Shown here: one piece after another, positions 19,433 through 28,820 of the stretch | Layout: every line of letters begins with the position of its first letter | How positions within the stretch are numbered: the stretch's first letter is position 1 | Source of the DNA: Clostridia bacterium | GTDB taxonomy: Bacteria > Bacillota > Clostridia > Oscillospirales > CAG-272 | NCBI GenBank assembly: GCA_017938205.1 | Contig: JAGBCA010000004.1 | Location: forward strand, 434 to 64,433 | Length of the DNA: 64,000 nt | Direction of reading: 5' to 3' | Made by a program: the position numbers and the translations under genes | The notes under the pieces: generated by a model | What the model was told of the DNA's origin: nothing | The model's database searches: none | What the model saw: only the letters and a program-made list of their open reading frames with translations

Positions 19433-20476
19433 GTGAAAGACCAAAATCTCAGAAAAACCTTCAGATTATATGATCCCGCAAGAGAAGGCAAGGGTATCAG
19501 TAAAAGCGCCTCCGAGCTTCCGATGGGCTTTCGCCGTTTTTTTATTTCTTTCAGAGATAATATCGGTAAGCTTGTTTCGGTAAATATTATTATGGTACTC
19601 GGTAATTTCCCTTTGCTTTTTGCGATTGCAGCCTTGGCCGGATATACGCAGAATGACGTTTCGTTGCCTGTGTCCGATCTTTTTCAGAACGTTCGTCCAT
19701 TGCTCACCTTAAACGAGACCGATGCGCTCTCGCTCGTTTTTTACGGCATGGAGGGGATGCAGCATCAAACGCTCACTCCAAGCATTGCAACGTATGTTTT
19801 TTATGGCATCGGCGTTCTGTTTCTCTTTACCTTCGGCGTTGTAAACGTTGGATGCGCATACGTGCTTCGAAATCTCGCGCAGGGAGAGCCCGTTTTTGTA
19901 TGGACAGATTTTTGGTACGCCGTTAAACGTAATTATAAGCAGGCGATCCCGATGGGAATTATTGATGCACTGATCTGCGTTCTTCTTCCCTACAATATTT
20001 ATTCGATGCTTTTGAATACAACGACCTTCTTCGCCTCCTTCATGCTTTGGTCAAACATCTTTATCTTCCTTGCGTTTTTCTTTATGCGGTATTACATTTA
20101 CGTGCAGATGGTGACCTTTAAGCTATCCATTTTCAAAATCATTAAAAATTCCCTGATCTTCTCCTTACTTGGTATCAAACGAAATCTTGTAGCCTTTCTC
20201 GGCATACTGATCGGCGTGATTCTTGAAGCGATCTTCATCTTCTCATTTGGCGGTCTTTTGCTTCCCTTTGCACTTGCCGCTCCGCTGATCCTATTCCTTT
20301 CGCTTTTTGCCTATATGAAGGTTTTTGCAGCATACGCAAAGATCGATCAATATATGATCGCCCCCTACAAAGAAAGCGCACCCGCCGAAACGGAAACAGA
20401 GGAGCCGATCATGCGCGATGATGTTACGGAAAGAGAGCGTCTCGCCGAAATTAAAAGAAAAAACAATATCGAATAA
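19433..20476 (+). CDS. DUF624 (YesL-like) integral membrane protein
   Basis: A multi-TM ORF. A GTG start at 19433 lies 8 nt after AGGAG. The family call is from memory of YesL-like proteins. Confidence 0.55.
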   Translation: MKDQNLRKTFRLYDPAREGKGISKSASELPMGFRRFFISFRDNIGKLVSVNIIMVLGNFPLLFAIAALAGYTQNDVSLPVSDLFQNVRPLLTLNETDALSLVFYGMEGMQHQTLTPSIATYVFYGIGVLFLFTFGVVNVGCAYVLRNLAQGEPVFVWTDFWYAVKRNYKQAIPMGIIDALICVLLPYNIYSMLLNTTTFFASFMLWSNIFIFLAFFFMRYYIYVQMVTFKLSIFKIIKNSLIFSLLGIKRNLVAFLGILIGVILEAIFIFSFGGLLLPFALAAPLILFLSLFAYMKVFAAYAKIDQYMIAPYKESAPAETETEEPIMRDDVTERERLAEIKRKNNIE

Positions 20477-20481
20477 GCATC

Positions 20482-20513
20482 AAAGCAGATGGATTTTCCA
20501 TCTGCTTTTTTAA
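20482..20513 (+). terminator. Intrinsic terminator
   Basis: AAAGCAGATGGA-TTTT-TCCATCTGCTTT followed by a T-run. Confidence 0.8.
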
Positions 20514-20582
20514 TTAGTTTTTTAATTATGGTAAAGATTTAACTAAAAGTAATATTATATATAAAATCTTCTGTAAAATCTA

Positions 20583-20611
20583 TTGACATATTTGGGATTT
20601 GATGGTATGAT
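20583..20611 (+). promoter_or_regulatory. Sigma-A type promoter of the decarboxylase operon
   Basis: TTGACA (20583-20588), a 17-nt spacer, then TATGAT (20606-20611). Confidence 0.55.
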
Positions 20612-20698
20612 ATATGTGGTGAAAATTGGACTATTTCAAATAAACGGTACAATAAACACCATCACTTTGTTATTATTAAGGAAGGAGAGATTTGCCTA

Positions 20699-22132
20699 TT
20701 GGCAAATCGGGAATTCAATTTGGACAAATTTACAACCCCCGAAATTTCTGCGCTTCAGACGGCAGAAGAGCTGCGTGAGCAGCTGGAAGCTACCCAAGGT
20801 GCAGAAATCAGAACCCAGCTCGCTCAGATCTTTGATGAGTCGACCTTCGTGGAGATCGGCGCTTACGTGAAGCGTTCCTTCTCCGATTATGTAAAGACCG
20901 AGAAGATGGACGAGCTTGAGGGCGTGATCTGTGGCTACGGTGCTATTGACGGAAAGCTGGCCTTTGTATTTGCAGAGGATGCTGCAAGACTTGGCGGCGC
21001 GATCGACGATCGTCATGCAAAGAAGATCACCGATCTTTATCAGCTTGCCGTGAAGAACGGTGCTCCCGTGATCGGAATCTTCAACTCCACCGGTGCTGAT
21101 ATATTTTGCGGTGCCTCTTCCCTTGCGGCATACGGAAAGATCATCAAGGCTGTAAACGATGCATCCGGCGTTATCCCCCAGATCGCATACGTTGCAGGTA
21201 AGTGCCTTGGAACTGCCGCAACCATTGCCGCTATGTTTGACTTTGTTATCAAGGCTGACGGCGCAGACTTCTACGTTACCGCTCCGAGTCTCACCGGCGC
21301 AGAAAATGCGCAGGCTGACAAAATTTCCTATGTCGGTGACGGTGCACAGTGTGCAGGCTTCATCCGCTCCCTGGTTGCATTTCTTCCTGAGAATGCCGCT
21401 GTCGGCGCAGATGTTGGCGAGTGTGCGGATAATCTGAACCGTATGGTTGGCGATCTCGACTTCGGCGGTGATGCGCTCTCTATGATCGCAACGATTGCAG
21501 ATAACGGCGTATATTACGAAATCGGTAAAGATACAGCTCCTGCACTTTCCACCGTGTTCACTACCTTTGGTGGCGTAAAATGCGGTGTTGTTGCAACCTC
21601 CTTTGCAAAGAATGAAGGACGTCTGACCGCAGCTGCGGCTAAGAAGGCGGCGGATTTTGTATCCTTCTGCGATCTTTTCTCGATTCCCGTTGTGACTCTC
21701 GTTGATTCTCTCGGTCTTGCAACCGATGCGGAGAACGAAAAGGCATTTGCTGATGCACTTGCAAGACTTGCCGTTGCTTACGCTTCCTCTGAGAATGCAA
21801 AGGTAACCGTGATTGCAGGTCATGCCATCGGAGCCTCCTTCGTTTTGCTTGGCTCTAAGGCACTGGGCGCAGATATCGTTTATGCAACGGATGACAGCGA
21901 GATCGGTGCGCTTGCCGCAGATAGCGGTGTTGCATTTGCATGGAATCGCTACGTTACCGAAGAGACTAAACGTGAGACTCTTGCAGAGGCGTGGAAGGCA
22001 AGCGTTGCTTCTCCCGTTGCCGCAGCAGCGACCGGCGAGATCGACGATATTATCAGTGTTAACGAGCTGAGAGCTCGCATCTGCTCTTCCCTCCTTATGC
22101 TCTCCGCAAAAGGCAAGCATCTTGCTCTGTAA
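20699..22132 (+). CDS. Carboxyltransferase (12S / MmdA / PccB-like) subunit, divergent
   Basis: The 477-aa ORF has a TTG start after GGAGAG. It is colinear with acyl-CoA carboxyltransferases in both halves, but its motifs differ (NSTGADIFCG where I recall DSGGARIQEG). Confidence 0.75.
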   Translation: MANREFNLDKFTTPEISALQTAEELREQLEATQGAEIRTQLAQIFDESTFVEIGAYVKRSFSDYVKTEKMDELEGVICGYGAIDGKLAFVFAEDAARLGGAIDDRHAKKITDLYQLAVKNGAPVIGIFNSTGADIFCGASSLAAYGKIIKAVNDASGVIPQIAYVAGKCLGTAATIAAMFDFVIKADGADFYVTAPSLTGAENAQADKISYVGDGAQCAGFIRSLVAFLPENAAVGADVGECADNLNRMVGDLDFGGDALSMIATIADNGVYYEIGKDTAPALSTVFTTFGGVKCGVVATSFAKNEGRLTAAAAKKAADFVSFCDLFSIPVVTLVDSLGLATDAENEKAFADALARLAVAYASSENAKVTVIAGHAIGASFVLLGSKALGADIVYATDDSEIGALAADSGVAFAWNRYVTEETKRETLAEAWKASVASPVAAAATGEIDDIISVNELRARICSSLLMLSAKGKHLAL

Positions 22133-22147
22133 TACGGAGGTCGTGCT

Positions 22148-22519
22148 ATGTATACTTTATTGGCTATTACCCCCGACATGTATTCTCAAAAGCTGATCAG
22201 CGGCAATGTCCCCCCTCTTGAAATTCTCGGCTTCGGCGCAAAGATGATGGGAATTGGTATGCTCGCAGTTTTTTCTGTTCTTTGTCTGCTGTGGGGCGCA
22301 CTCACGCTTTTCAAGATCTTTTTTTACGATCTTCCTGCGAAGAAAAAGACTGAAAACGAAGCACCCGAAGCTCCTGCTCCGGCGGCTCCCGCGGTTGCAC
22401 CCATTCCTGCCGCAAATGAAGATGAGGAGCTGATCGCCGTTCTTGCCGCCGCCATCGCGATGGCCGAAAGCGAATGCATCGGTGCGAAGTTCAGAGTTGT
22501 TTCCTTCAGAAGAAAATAA
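22148..22519 (+). CDS. OadG / MmdD-like small membrane anchor subunit
   Basis: The 123-aa ORF has one TM segment and an Ala/Pro linker. Its C-terminal EELIAVLAAAIAMA...FRVVSFRR is typical of decarboxylase gamma/delta subunits. Confidence 0.75.
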   Translation: MYTLLAITPDMYSQKLISGNVPPLEILGFGAKMMGIGMLAVFSVLCLLWGALTLFKIFFYDLPAKKKTENEAPEAPAPAAPAVAPIPAANEDEELIAVLAAAIAMAESECIGAKFRVVSFRRK

Positions 22520-22569
22520 ACAAATGGTAACCGCCACGCCGAACAAAGTGGGGAGAAAAGGATTTTAAA

Positions 22570-22980
22570 ATGAAGAAATATAATATTACTGTTAACGGCA
22601 ACCTCTACGAGGTATTTGTTGAAGAAGCGGATGCAAGCGGCGCCGTTGCCGCTCCCGTAGCCACCCCTGTTGCTGCTCCTGTTGCGGCACCCGTAGCCGC
22701 TCCCGCTCCCGCAGCTGCACCCAAAGCTGCCGCTCCCAAGGCAGCTGCTCCCGTAGGTGCTGCCGGTGCTACGAAGGTAAACGCTCCTATGCCCGGCACG
22801 ATCCTTGACGTTAAGGTTTCTGCAGGCCAGGCAGTTAAGAAGGGCGACGTTATCTGCGTTCTTGAGGCCATGAAGATGGAGAACGATATTCCCGCTCCCT
22901 GCGACGGTGTTATCGCTTCTGTAAACGTTCAGAAGGGTGCTACCGTAAACGCCGGCGATCTTGTTGCATCTATCAACTAA
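22570..22980 (+). CDS. Biotin carboxyl carrier subunit (1.3S / MmdC-like)
   Basis: The 136-aa ORF has an Ala/Pro-rich linker and a biotinyl domain with the biotinylation motif EAMKMEN. Confidence 0.9.
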   Translation: MKKYNITVNGNLYEVFVEEADASGAVAAPVATPVAAPVAAPVAAPAPAAAPKAAAPKAAAPVGAAGATKVNAPMPGTILDVKVSAGQAVKKGDVICVLEAMKMENDIPAPCDGVIASVNVQKGATVNAGDLVASIN

Positions 22981-23006
22981 ATTTTTAGAAAGTACAGGTA
23001 CCAACT

Positions 23007-24482
23007 ATGTCTGATGCTATCATGAATTTCCTTAGCAAGACGGGTATCGCGGCTTTCTTGGGTTATGGAGAGAATGGGCTCGAGGATGGGCTCTGGTGGA
23101 AATATCTCGTAATGTACGTGATCATCGGAGTGCTCTTTTATCTTGCAGTTGTAAAGAAATTTGAGCCGCTTCTTCTCCTTCCGATCGCCTTCGGTATGCT
23201 TCTTGCAAATCTGCCGCTTGCAGAACTTATGCACATGGAATATTTCTTTGATGAGTTCTACCTTGCAAAGGATAGCGGTACATTAAGTTATCAAGTCGAA
23301 AATTTTGTTTCTTTGTTGCGCGACGAAGGCTTCAAGCTCAGTGCACCTATCATTGAAGAAGGAATGTTCACCGGCGAGAGCCTTTATGATTTCAAAGCCG
23401 CTTTTGCTTCAGTTCTTGATGCGAATGGAGAACTGACTAAGGATGCTATGAAAACGATCAAGGTATGCCTGGAAGAATCCGGCCTTGCGCAAAGCGTATC
23501 GTTAAAAGAAAGCGGCGCGATTACGGTTAAGATGTCTACAGTGATTAAACAGGTTGTCAATTACGGCGGCCTTGTAGATATCCTCTACCTCGGCGTTAAG
23601 CTCGGCATTTACCCCTCATTGATCTTCCTTGGTGTTGGTGCAATGACCGACTTCTCGCCCTTGATCTCCAACCCGAAGTCCCTTCTCATGGGTGCGGGTG
23701 CGCAGTTTGGTGTTTTCGCAGCCTTCTTCTTTGCGCTTTTCCTCAATTTCTCTCCCATGGAAGCAGGCGCTATCGGTATCATCGGCGGTGCGGACGGTCC
23801 TACGGCGATTCTTGTTACCAAAACCCTTGCTCCGCAGCTTCTTGGAGCGATCGCCATTGCTGCTTATTCCTACATGGCTTTGATCCCGATCATTCAGCCT
23901 CCCTTTATGAGATTGTTGACTACCGAGAAGGAACGCAAGATCCGTATGAGTGCACTCCGTCCTGTATCCAAAGTCGAAAAGGTAGTCTTCCCCATTATTG
24001 TAACACTTCTTGTTGTGCTGATCGTTCCCGATGCCGCACCGTTGGTTGGTTTCCTTATGCTTGGTAACCTCTTCAACGTTTCCGGCGTAACCGACCGTCT
24101 TTCCAAGACCGGTCAAAATGAGCTGATCAACATTGTTACGATCTTCCTCGGAATTTCCGTTGGAGCAACTGCCAATGCCAAAAACTTCCTCGATTTGCAA
24201 ACAATTTACATCATCTTCCTCGGCCTTGCTGCCTTTGTTGTTTCCACTTGCGGCGGTTTGATCGTCGGTAAGATCATGTGCAAGCTTACGGGCGGTAAGA
24301 TCAACCCCTTGATCGGTTCTGCAGGTGTTTCCGCCGTTCCTATGGCGGCACGTGTTGCGCAGGATGAGGGCAGAAAGGCCGATCCCGGAAACTTCCTTCT
24401 TATGCACGCCATGGGTCCCAACGTAGCCGGCGTAATCGGCTCTGCGGTTGCCGCAGGTGTATTCCTTAGCTTCTTTGGTTAA
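23007..24482 (+). CDS. Na+-transporting decarboxylase beta subunit (OadB/MmdB/GcdB family)
   Basis: A 491-aa polytopic membrane ORF with KKFEPLLLLPIAFGMLLANLP, FLGVGAMTDF and GSAGVSAVPMAARV. Confidence 0.88.
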   Translation: MSDAIMNFLSKTGIAAFLGYGENGLEDGLWWKYLVMYVIIGVLFYLAVVKKFEPLLLLPIAFGMLLANLPLAELMHMEYFFDEFYLAKDSGTLSYQVENFVSLLRDEGFKLSAPIIEEGMFTGESLYDFKAAFASVLDANGELTKDAMKTIKVCLEESGLAQSVSLKESGAITVKMSTVIKQVVNYGGLVDILYLGVKLGIYPSLIFLGVGAMTDFSPLISNPKSLLMGAGAQFGVFAAFFFALFLNFSPMEAGAIGIIGGADGPTAILVTKTLAPQLLGAIAIAAYSYMALIPIIQPPFMRLLTTEKERKIRMSALRPVSKVEKVVFPIIVTLLVVLIVPDAAPLVGFLMLGNLFNVSGVTDRLSKTGQNELINIVTIFLGISVGATANAKNFLDLQTIYIIFLGLAAFVVSTCGGLIVGKIMCKLTGGKINPLIGSAGVSAVPMAARVAQDEGRKADPGNFLLMHAMGPNVAGVIGSAVAAGVFLSFFG

Positions 24483-24499
24483 TAGAAAGGAAAAATAGA

Positions 24500-25900
24500 A
24501 TGTCGAAAGTTTTAATTACCGAAACCGTGCTGAGAGATGCCCATCAGTCTCTCGCCGCTACGAGAATGACCACGGAGGAAATGCTCCCCATTCTCGATCA
24601 GATGGATAAGGTTGGTTACTATTCCCTGGAGGCATGGGGCGGCGCTACCTTTGATTCCTGCCTTCGTTTCCTGAAGGAAGATCCTTGGGAAAGACTCCGC
24701 ACCATTCGTAACCACGTAAAGAACACGAAGCTCCAGATGTTGTTCCGCGGTCAGAACATTCTCGGATATCGTCACTATGCAGATGATGTTGTTGAGTATT
24801 TTGTTCAGAAATCGATTGCAAACGGTATTGATATCATCCGTATCTTTGATGCTCTCAACGATGCAAGAAACCTCGAAACTGCAATCAGAGCCACCAAAAA
24901 GGAAAACGGCCATGTGCAGGCTGCGATCTGCTACACCACATCTCCATATCACACCAACGAGGGCTTTGCACAGTATGCAAAGCAGCTTGAAGAGATGGGC
25001 GCGGATTCCATTTGTATCAAGGACATGTCCGGTCTTCTTAAGCCCCTGGATGCATATCAGCTCGTAAAAACTCTCAAGAACACCGTAAAGGTTCCCGTTC
25101 ACCTGCATACGCATTACACCGCAGGTCTTGCCTCCATGGCGCTTCTCAAGGCGATTGAGGCAGGTGTTGACGGTGTTGATACCACTATTTCTCCTCTTGC
25201 AATGGGTACGTCTCATACTCCCACCGAGGCCCTTGTTGCGACACTTCAGGGATCTCCCTACGATACCGGTCTTTCCCTTGCTGATCTTGACGTTGTTGCA
25301 AAGCACTTTAACGGCATCCGCGAGAAGTATCTTGCAAACGGTCTGATCGACCCCAAGGTTCTTAAGGTTGACGTAAATGCACTTCGTTACCAGGTTCCCG
25401 GCGGTATGCTTTCCAACCTGCTCTCTCAGCTGAAGATGGCAGGCAAATCCGACAAGCTGGAGGAGGTACTGGAGGAGGTTGCGAACGTTCGTCGCGATGC
25501 CGGCTTCCCGCCCCTTGTAACGCCTTCCTCTCAGATCGTTGGCACGCAGGCTGTAAATAACGTTCTCTTCGCTGAAGAAGGCCGTTACGCACGTGTAACG
25601 AAGGAGTTCAAGGCTCTTGTTCGTGGCGAGTACGGTAAGTGCCCCGCAGAGCTTGATCCCGATTTCAAGAAGAAGATCATCGGCGATGATGAGATCATCG
25701 ACTATCGTCCCGCTGATAAAATCGCGCCCGAGATCGATTCCCTTCGTCAGCGTGTTGCTCCTTATGAGGAGCAGGAGGAGGATCTTCTCTCTCTTGCGCT
25801 CTTCGAGCAGGTTGCAATCAAGTTCTTCGAGCAGAGAAAGCAGGAAAAATACGGTCTGGATGCCAATGCCGATCCCAAGAACGGCATTCACCCCATCTGA
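24500..25900 (+). CDS. Oxaloacetate decarboxylase alpha / pyruvate carboxylase subunit B-type (5S) carboxyltransferase without a biotinyl domain
   Basis: The 466-aa ORF has an N-terminal ITETVLRDAHQSL and the segments CIKDMSGLL and HLHTHYTAGL. It ends before any AMKM biotin domain. Confidence 0.88.
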   Translation: MSKVLITETVLRDAHQSLAATRMTTEEMLPILDQMDKVGYYSLEAWGGATFDSCLRFLKEDPWERLRTIRNHVKNTKLQMLFRGQNILGYRHYADDVVEYFVQKSIANGIDIIRIFDALNDARNLETAIRATKKENGHVQAAICYTTSPYHTNEGFAQYAKQLEEMGADSICIKDMSGLLKPLDAYQLVKTLKNTVKVPVHLHTHYTAGLASMALLKAIEAGVDGVDTTISPLAMGTSHTPTEALVATLQGSPYDTGLSLADLDVVAKHFNGIREKYLANGLIDPKVLKVDVNALRYQVPGGMLSNLLSQLKMAGKSDKLEEVLEEVANVRRDAGFPPLVTPSSQIVGTQAVNNVLFAEEGRYARVTKEFKALVRGEYGKCPAELDPDFKKKIIGDDEIIDYRPADKIAPEIDSLRQRVAPYEEQEEDLLSLALFEQVAIKFFEQRKQEKYGLDANADPKNGIHPI

Positions 25901-25914
25901 TCGTTGCTGCATAT

Positions 25915-25952
25915 AAAAAAGCTTATGGCGAAATTCGCCATAAGCTTTTTTT
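25915..25952. terminator. Bidirectional terminator between convergent genes
   Basis: AAAAAAGCTTATGGCGAA-A-TTCGCCATAAGCTTTTTTT is a perfect palindrome flanked by A and T runs. Confidence 0.8.
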
Positions 25953-25963
25953 ATAATTTGAAA

Positions 25964-27862
25964 TCAAGGACGACGCATTTTTTCTACGTAATAAAGATGC
26001 ACAAACGGCGTTTCCCTGTTTTCAAAGGAAAGACGCTCGGCAGAAAGCTCCTCGATCGTTTCGATCTCGCCGCAAAGATATGCATTGACACGCTGGATCG
26101 CACGAGAAATTCTTGCACGAACACCACCAAAGCGCATATCCTTTTCCTCAAAGCCAAAGGGCTTGTTACATCTGTAATAGCGCGCCGCATACAGCTCGTG
26201 CAATTGATCGAGATCCGAAATCAGCGCTTGCATTTTGGGTATCAAGGCTGCAAGCTCCGCATTATCCTTCGAATCATACGCTTTCTTCAACCGAATACCG
26301 AGATCGCATTTTTGCATTATGACCCTTGCATAAGCTTCTATAATTTCAAGAAGCTCACCCTCAAGCCCTTTTGCCTTGCATTTAGCGATCCGTGCATACG
26401 CCTCAGAAAAATGTTTTTCTAAATTTAAATAAGAAAAGTTTTTATCAAACAAGCCAACCAACGGATCCTGATAAAATACCTGCTTTGAAATAACCGGGAT
26501 ATTGTGCTCCACCTCCGCAAAGGAGTAAGGAGCGTCGTAATCGTATTGCGGATTATCGCAACCAAGATCATCAATATCCATTGCAAGGAAGCTTTCCGCC
26601 TCCATCTCTGTGCATGCTCTGAATGCTTCTGCAAGCCGCGCGGGCGTTACATCGCCGCCGGCGTGAAACTCCGCATACAGCTGAAAGCCAAGCAATGCAT
26701 TAAAAAAGTCGCATTCGCTGTAATCCGAATTCCAAACCGTAGCAAAAACATGATTGATACCCTGCTTTCGGCACATTTCAAGTGCAGGATACGTGCTTTC
26801 CATCGTTTGTCTGTATTTGGGAGCAAATCCGGTCCATGTCCAAACACCTCCGGCAAAAATAACGTCCCCCATTGCCTGATGCGCGCTCAGAAGCTTTTGA
26901 TAAGTATTGGCATTCGTATGATAATAGTCCCAATAAACAAGAGAAAGCCCCTCGGGGATCGTTTCTTTGATATTCTCCGGAATTTTTGCAGTTATATCAT
27001 AGTAATCGTTCGTTTTTGAGCCCAAGCGGAAGAACATATCGCTCCACATCATAGGAACGAAATCATAGCGGCGGCAGATCTCCACCACGCGTCTGAGATG
27101 GCGAAGAAGCGTTTCATAGCGATTGGTGGGGCCATGCAGCTCGTAATATTTACCCATGCATACACCGTGCGCCTCATCCATTCCGATATGAATACGATTT
27201 GTTTTAAATACGCGACGTACCGTTTGTATCATACACTCGATAAAACGGTAAGTTTCTTCACTGTCGATCAAAAGAACCGAAGGATTGTCAAACAAATGCG
27301 CATTTGCCTTCCAACGCTGCACCTTGCTAAGGTGTCCGAGCGTTTGTATACAGGGCACGACTTCAATGCCGAATTTTGAAGCGTAAGCCACAATCTCGCT
27401 AAGCTCCTCCTCCGTATATGCGCCTCGCATATAGCCAAAATACGGATATTCCTTTACTACGTACATATCCTCGGTATATACCATCAGCATATTCAGACCC
27501 ATACGCGCCATATACGATATAAAGGTCTTCCACGTCTCAACCTTCGGTGCCGTTCCACCAAGAGAAACGTCAATCATCACGCCGCAGGTCTCAAAAACCT
27601 CATCTTCTTTTATGTCAAGATCCTTGTCCGCACCAAAACCTTTAACGTGATGCACGAGCAGCGTAAAAGCACGCATCGCTCCTGCGATCGAAGAATATTC
27701 AATACAGCAGAACCCGTCCCGTAATGTCACAGAATGCCCTTTATCTGTTTTTCTGAAATTAATTTTCAGTCCTTCGCAAGATACGTTTACATTTAAAATC
27801 TTGGCAAGAGCAAAAAGCCCGTCGTGAAGTTCGGAGCATTCTCCGTAAAAGCAAATTTTCAT
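25964..27862 (-). CDS. GH20-family beta-N-acetylhexosaminidase-like glycoside hydrolase
   Basis: The 632-aa ORF has a TIM-barrel core with QTLGH and HIGMDEA (D-E catalytic pair). It is a paralog of 56586..58529. Confidence 0.7.
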   Translation of the reverse strand: MKICFYGECSELHDGLFALAKILNVNVSCEGLKINFRKTDKGHSVTLRDGFCCIEYSSIAGAMRAFTLLVHHVKGFGADKDLDIKEDEVFETCGVMIDVSLGGTAPKVETWKTFISYMARMGLNMLMVYTEDMYVVKEYPYFGYMRGAYTEEELSEIVAYASKFGIEVVPCIQTLGHLSKVQRWKANAHLFDNPSVLLIDSEETYRFIECMIQTVRRVFKTNRIHIGMDEAHGVCMGKYYELHGPTNRYETLLRHLRRVVEICRRYDFVPMMWSDMFFRLGSKTNDYYDITAKIPENIKETIPEGLSLVYWDYYHTNANTYQKLLSAHQAMGDVIFAGGVWTWTGFAPKYRQTMESTYPALEMCRKQGINHVFATVWNSDYSECDFFNALLGFQLYAEFHAGGDVTPARLAEAFRACTEMEAESFLAMDIDDLGCDNPQYDYDAPYSFAEVEHNIPVISKQVFYQDPLVGLFDKNFSYLNLEKHFSEAYARIAKCKAKGLEGELLEIIEAYARVIMQKCDLGIRLKKAYDSKDNAELAALIPKMQALISDLDQLHELYAARYYRCNKPFGFEEKDMRFGGVRARISRAIQRVNAYLCGEIETIEELSAERLSFENRETPFVHLYYVEKMRRP

Positions 27863-27881
27863 TTTTTCCTCCTATAATAGA

Positions 27882-28733
27882 TCAGCATGCGATCAGTAAG
27901 ATCGAACCGATCGCAAGTGCAACGCCGATCTTCTTACGTACCGAAAGCTTTTCTTTCACTAAAATTCTTGCAAAAACCGCGGAAGAAACGATGGCACCGC
28001 CGTTAAGCACAGAGAAAACGATCACACTTGGAAGCACGCCGGAAAGATAAAGATTGAGTATATTCGCTCCGGCCATACAAAGGCCAATAATGATAGCGGT
28101 TTGATAAAATCCTTTTTTGGGCTTCGGCCGTTTTTTGGGCATGATGATCAGCGTAGCAAGAACCATGATCGCAAATGAGATTACAAGAAAACCGTACATT
28201 TGATTTTTTTGCTCAGACATACGGAAGACCTTTTGGATCACAGCAACACTACCCGCAGCAAGCATAGCAGAAACTGCATACAGCAACCATTTGAGACTTA
28301 CACCACCGTTCTTTACTTTAACACCAACGGCAAAGGCAACCAGCAAAATCGCTATACCTATATATTGGCGTAGGATCGGATATTCACCGTAAGCAAAGGC
28401 ACTGAATATGATCGGAACAAGGAATCCGGAGGAATAGAACATAGACGTGAGCGCAACGTCTCCATGCTTCGTAGCCTGCATCAAAAGGATCTGACTTGAA
28501 AGAGTGAAGAACGCATATAAAACGGCCAATATGAGCGTCTCCCAACGAAGAGGAAATATCTCACGCCAACCAAGCACAAGAAAAATAATACCGCCCGTCA
28601 AAAACAAAAACAAGTTAAACGTATAGATGTTATTCTTCTCATCCAGGCAATCATTCGATTTTTTGGAAAAAACACTTTTTAATCCTGCGCACAATACACT
28701 GCACAGGAGCAATACGTATTTCATTTTTTTCAC
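27882..28733 (-). CDS. EamA/DMT-family transporter
   Basis: A 283-aa ORF with about 10 predicted TM segments in two repeated halves. Confidence 0.65.
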   Translation of the reverse strand: MKKMKYVLLLCSVLCAGLKSVFSKKSNDCLDEKNNIYTFNLFLFLTGGIIFLVLGWREIFPLRWETLILAVLYAFFTLSSQILLMQATKHGDVALTSMFYSSGFLVPIIFSAFAYGEYPILRQYIGIAILLVAFAVGVKVKNGGVSLKWLLYAVSAMLAAGSVAVIQKVFRMSEQKNQMYGFLVISFAIMVLATLIIMPKKRPKPKKGFYQTAIIIGLCMAGANILNLYLSGVLPSVIVFSVLNGGAIVSSAVFARILVKEKLSVRKKIGVALAIGSILLIAC

Positions 28734-28820
28734 CTCACATTTTTATGATTCCATCTTAACATAGAAAACACAAAAAATAAATGGAAAAAATAAAAAATAT
28801 ATGGACTTTTTTGTTTTTCT

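Noticed and set aside
20696-22120. A 474-aa ORF antisense to the carboxyltransferase gene
   Set aside because: It is a shadow frame with a Cys/Arg-rich composition. The plus-strand product has clear family similarity.
22620-22760. An apparent tandem repeat (GCTCCCGT/GCTGC periodicity) and the antisense ORFs 22324-23004 and 22605-22871
   Set aside because: The periodicity encodes the Ala/Pro-rich flexible linker (AAPVA repeats) typical of biotin carrier proteins. It is not a mobile or regulatory repeat.
24512-25912. A 466-aa ORF antisense to the 5S carboxyltransferase gene
   Set aside because: It is a shadow frame. The plus-strand product is unmistakably OadA/PycB-like.
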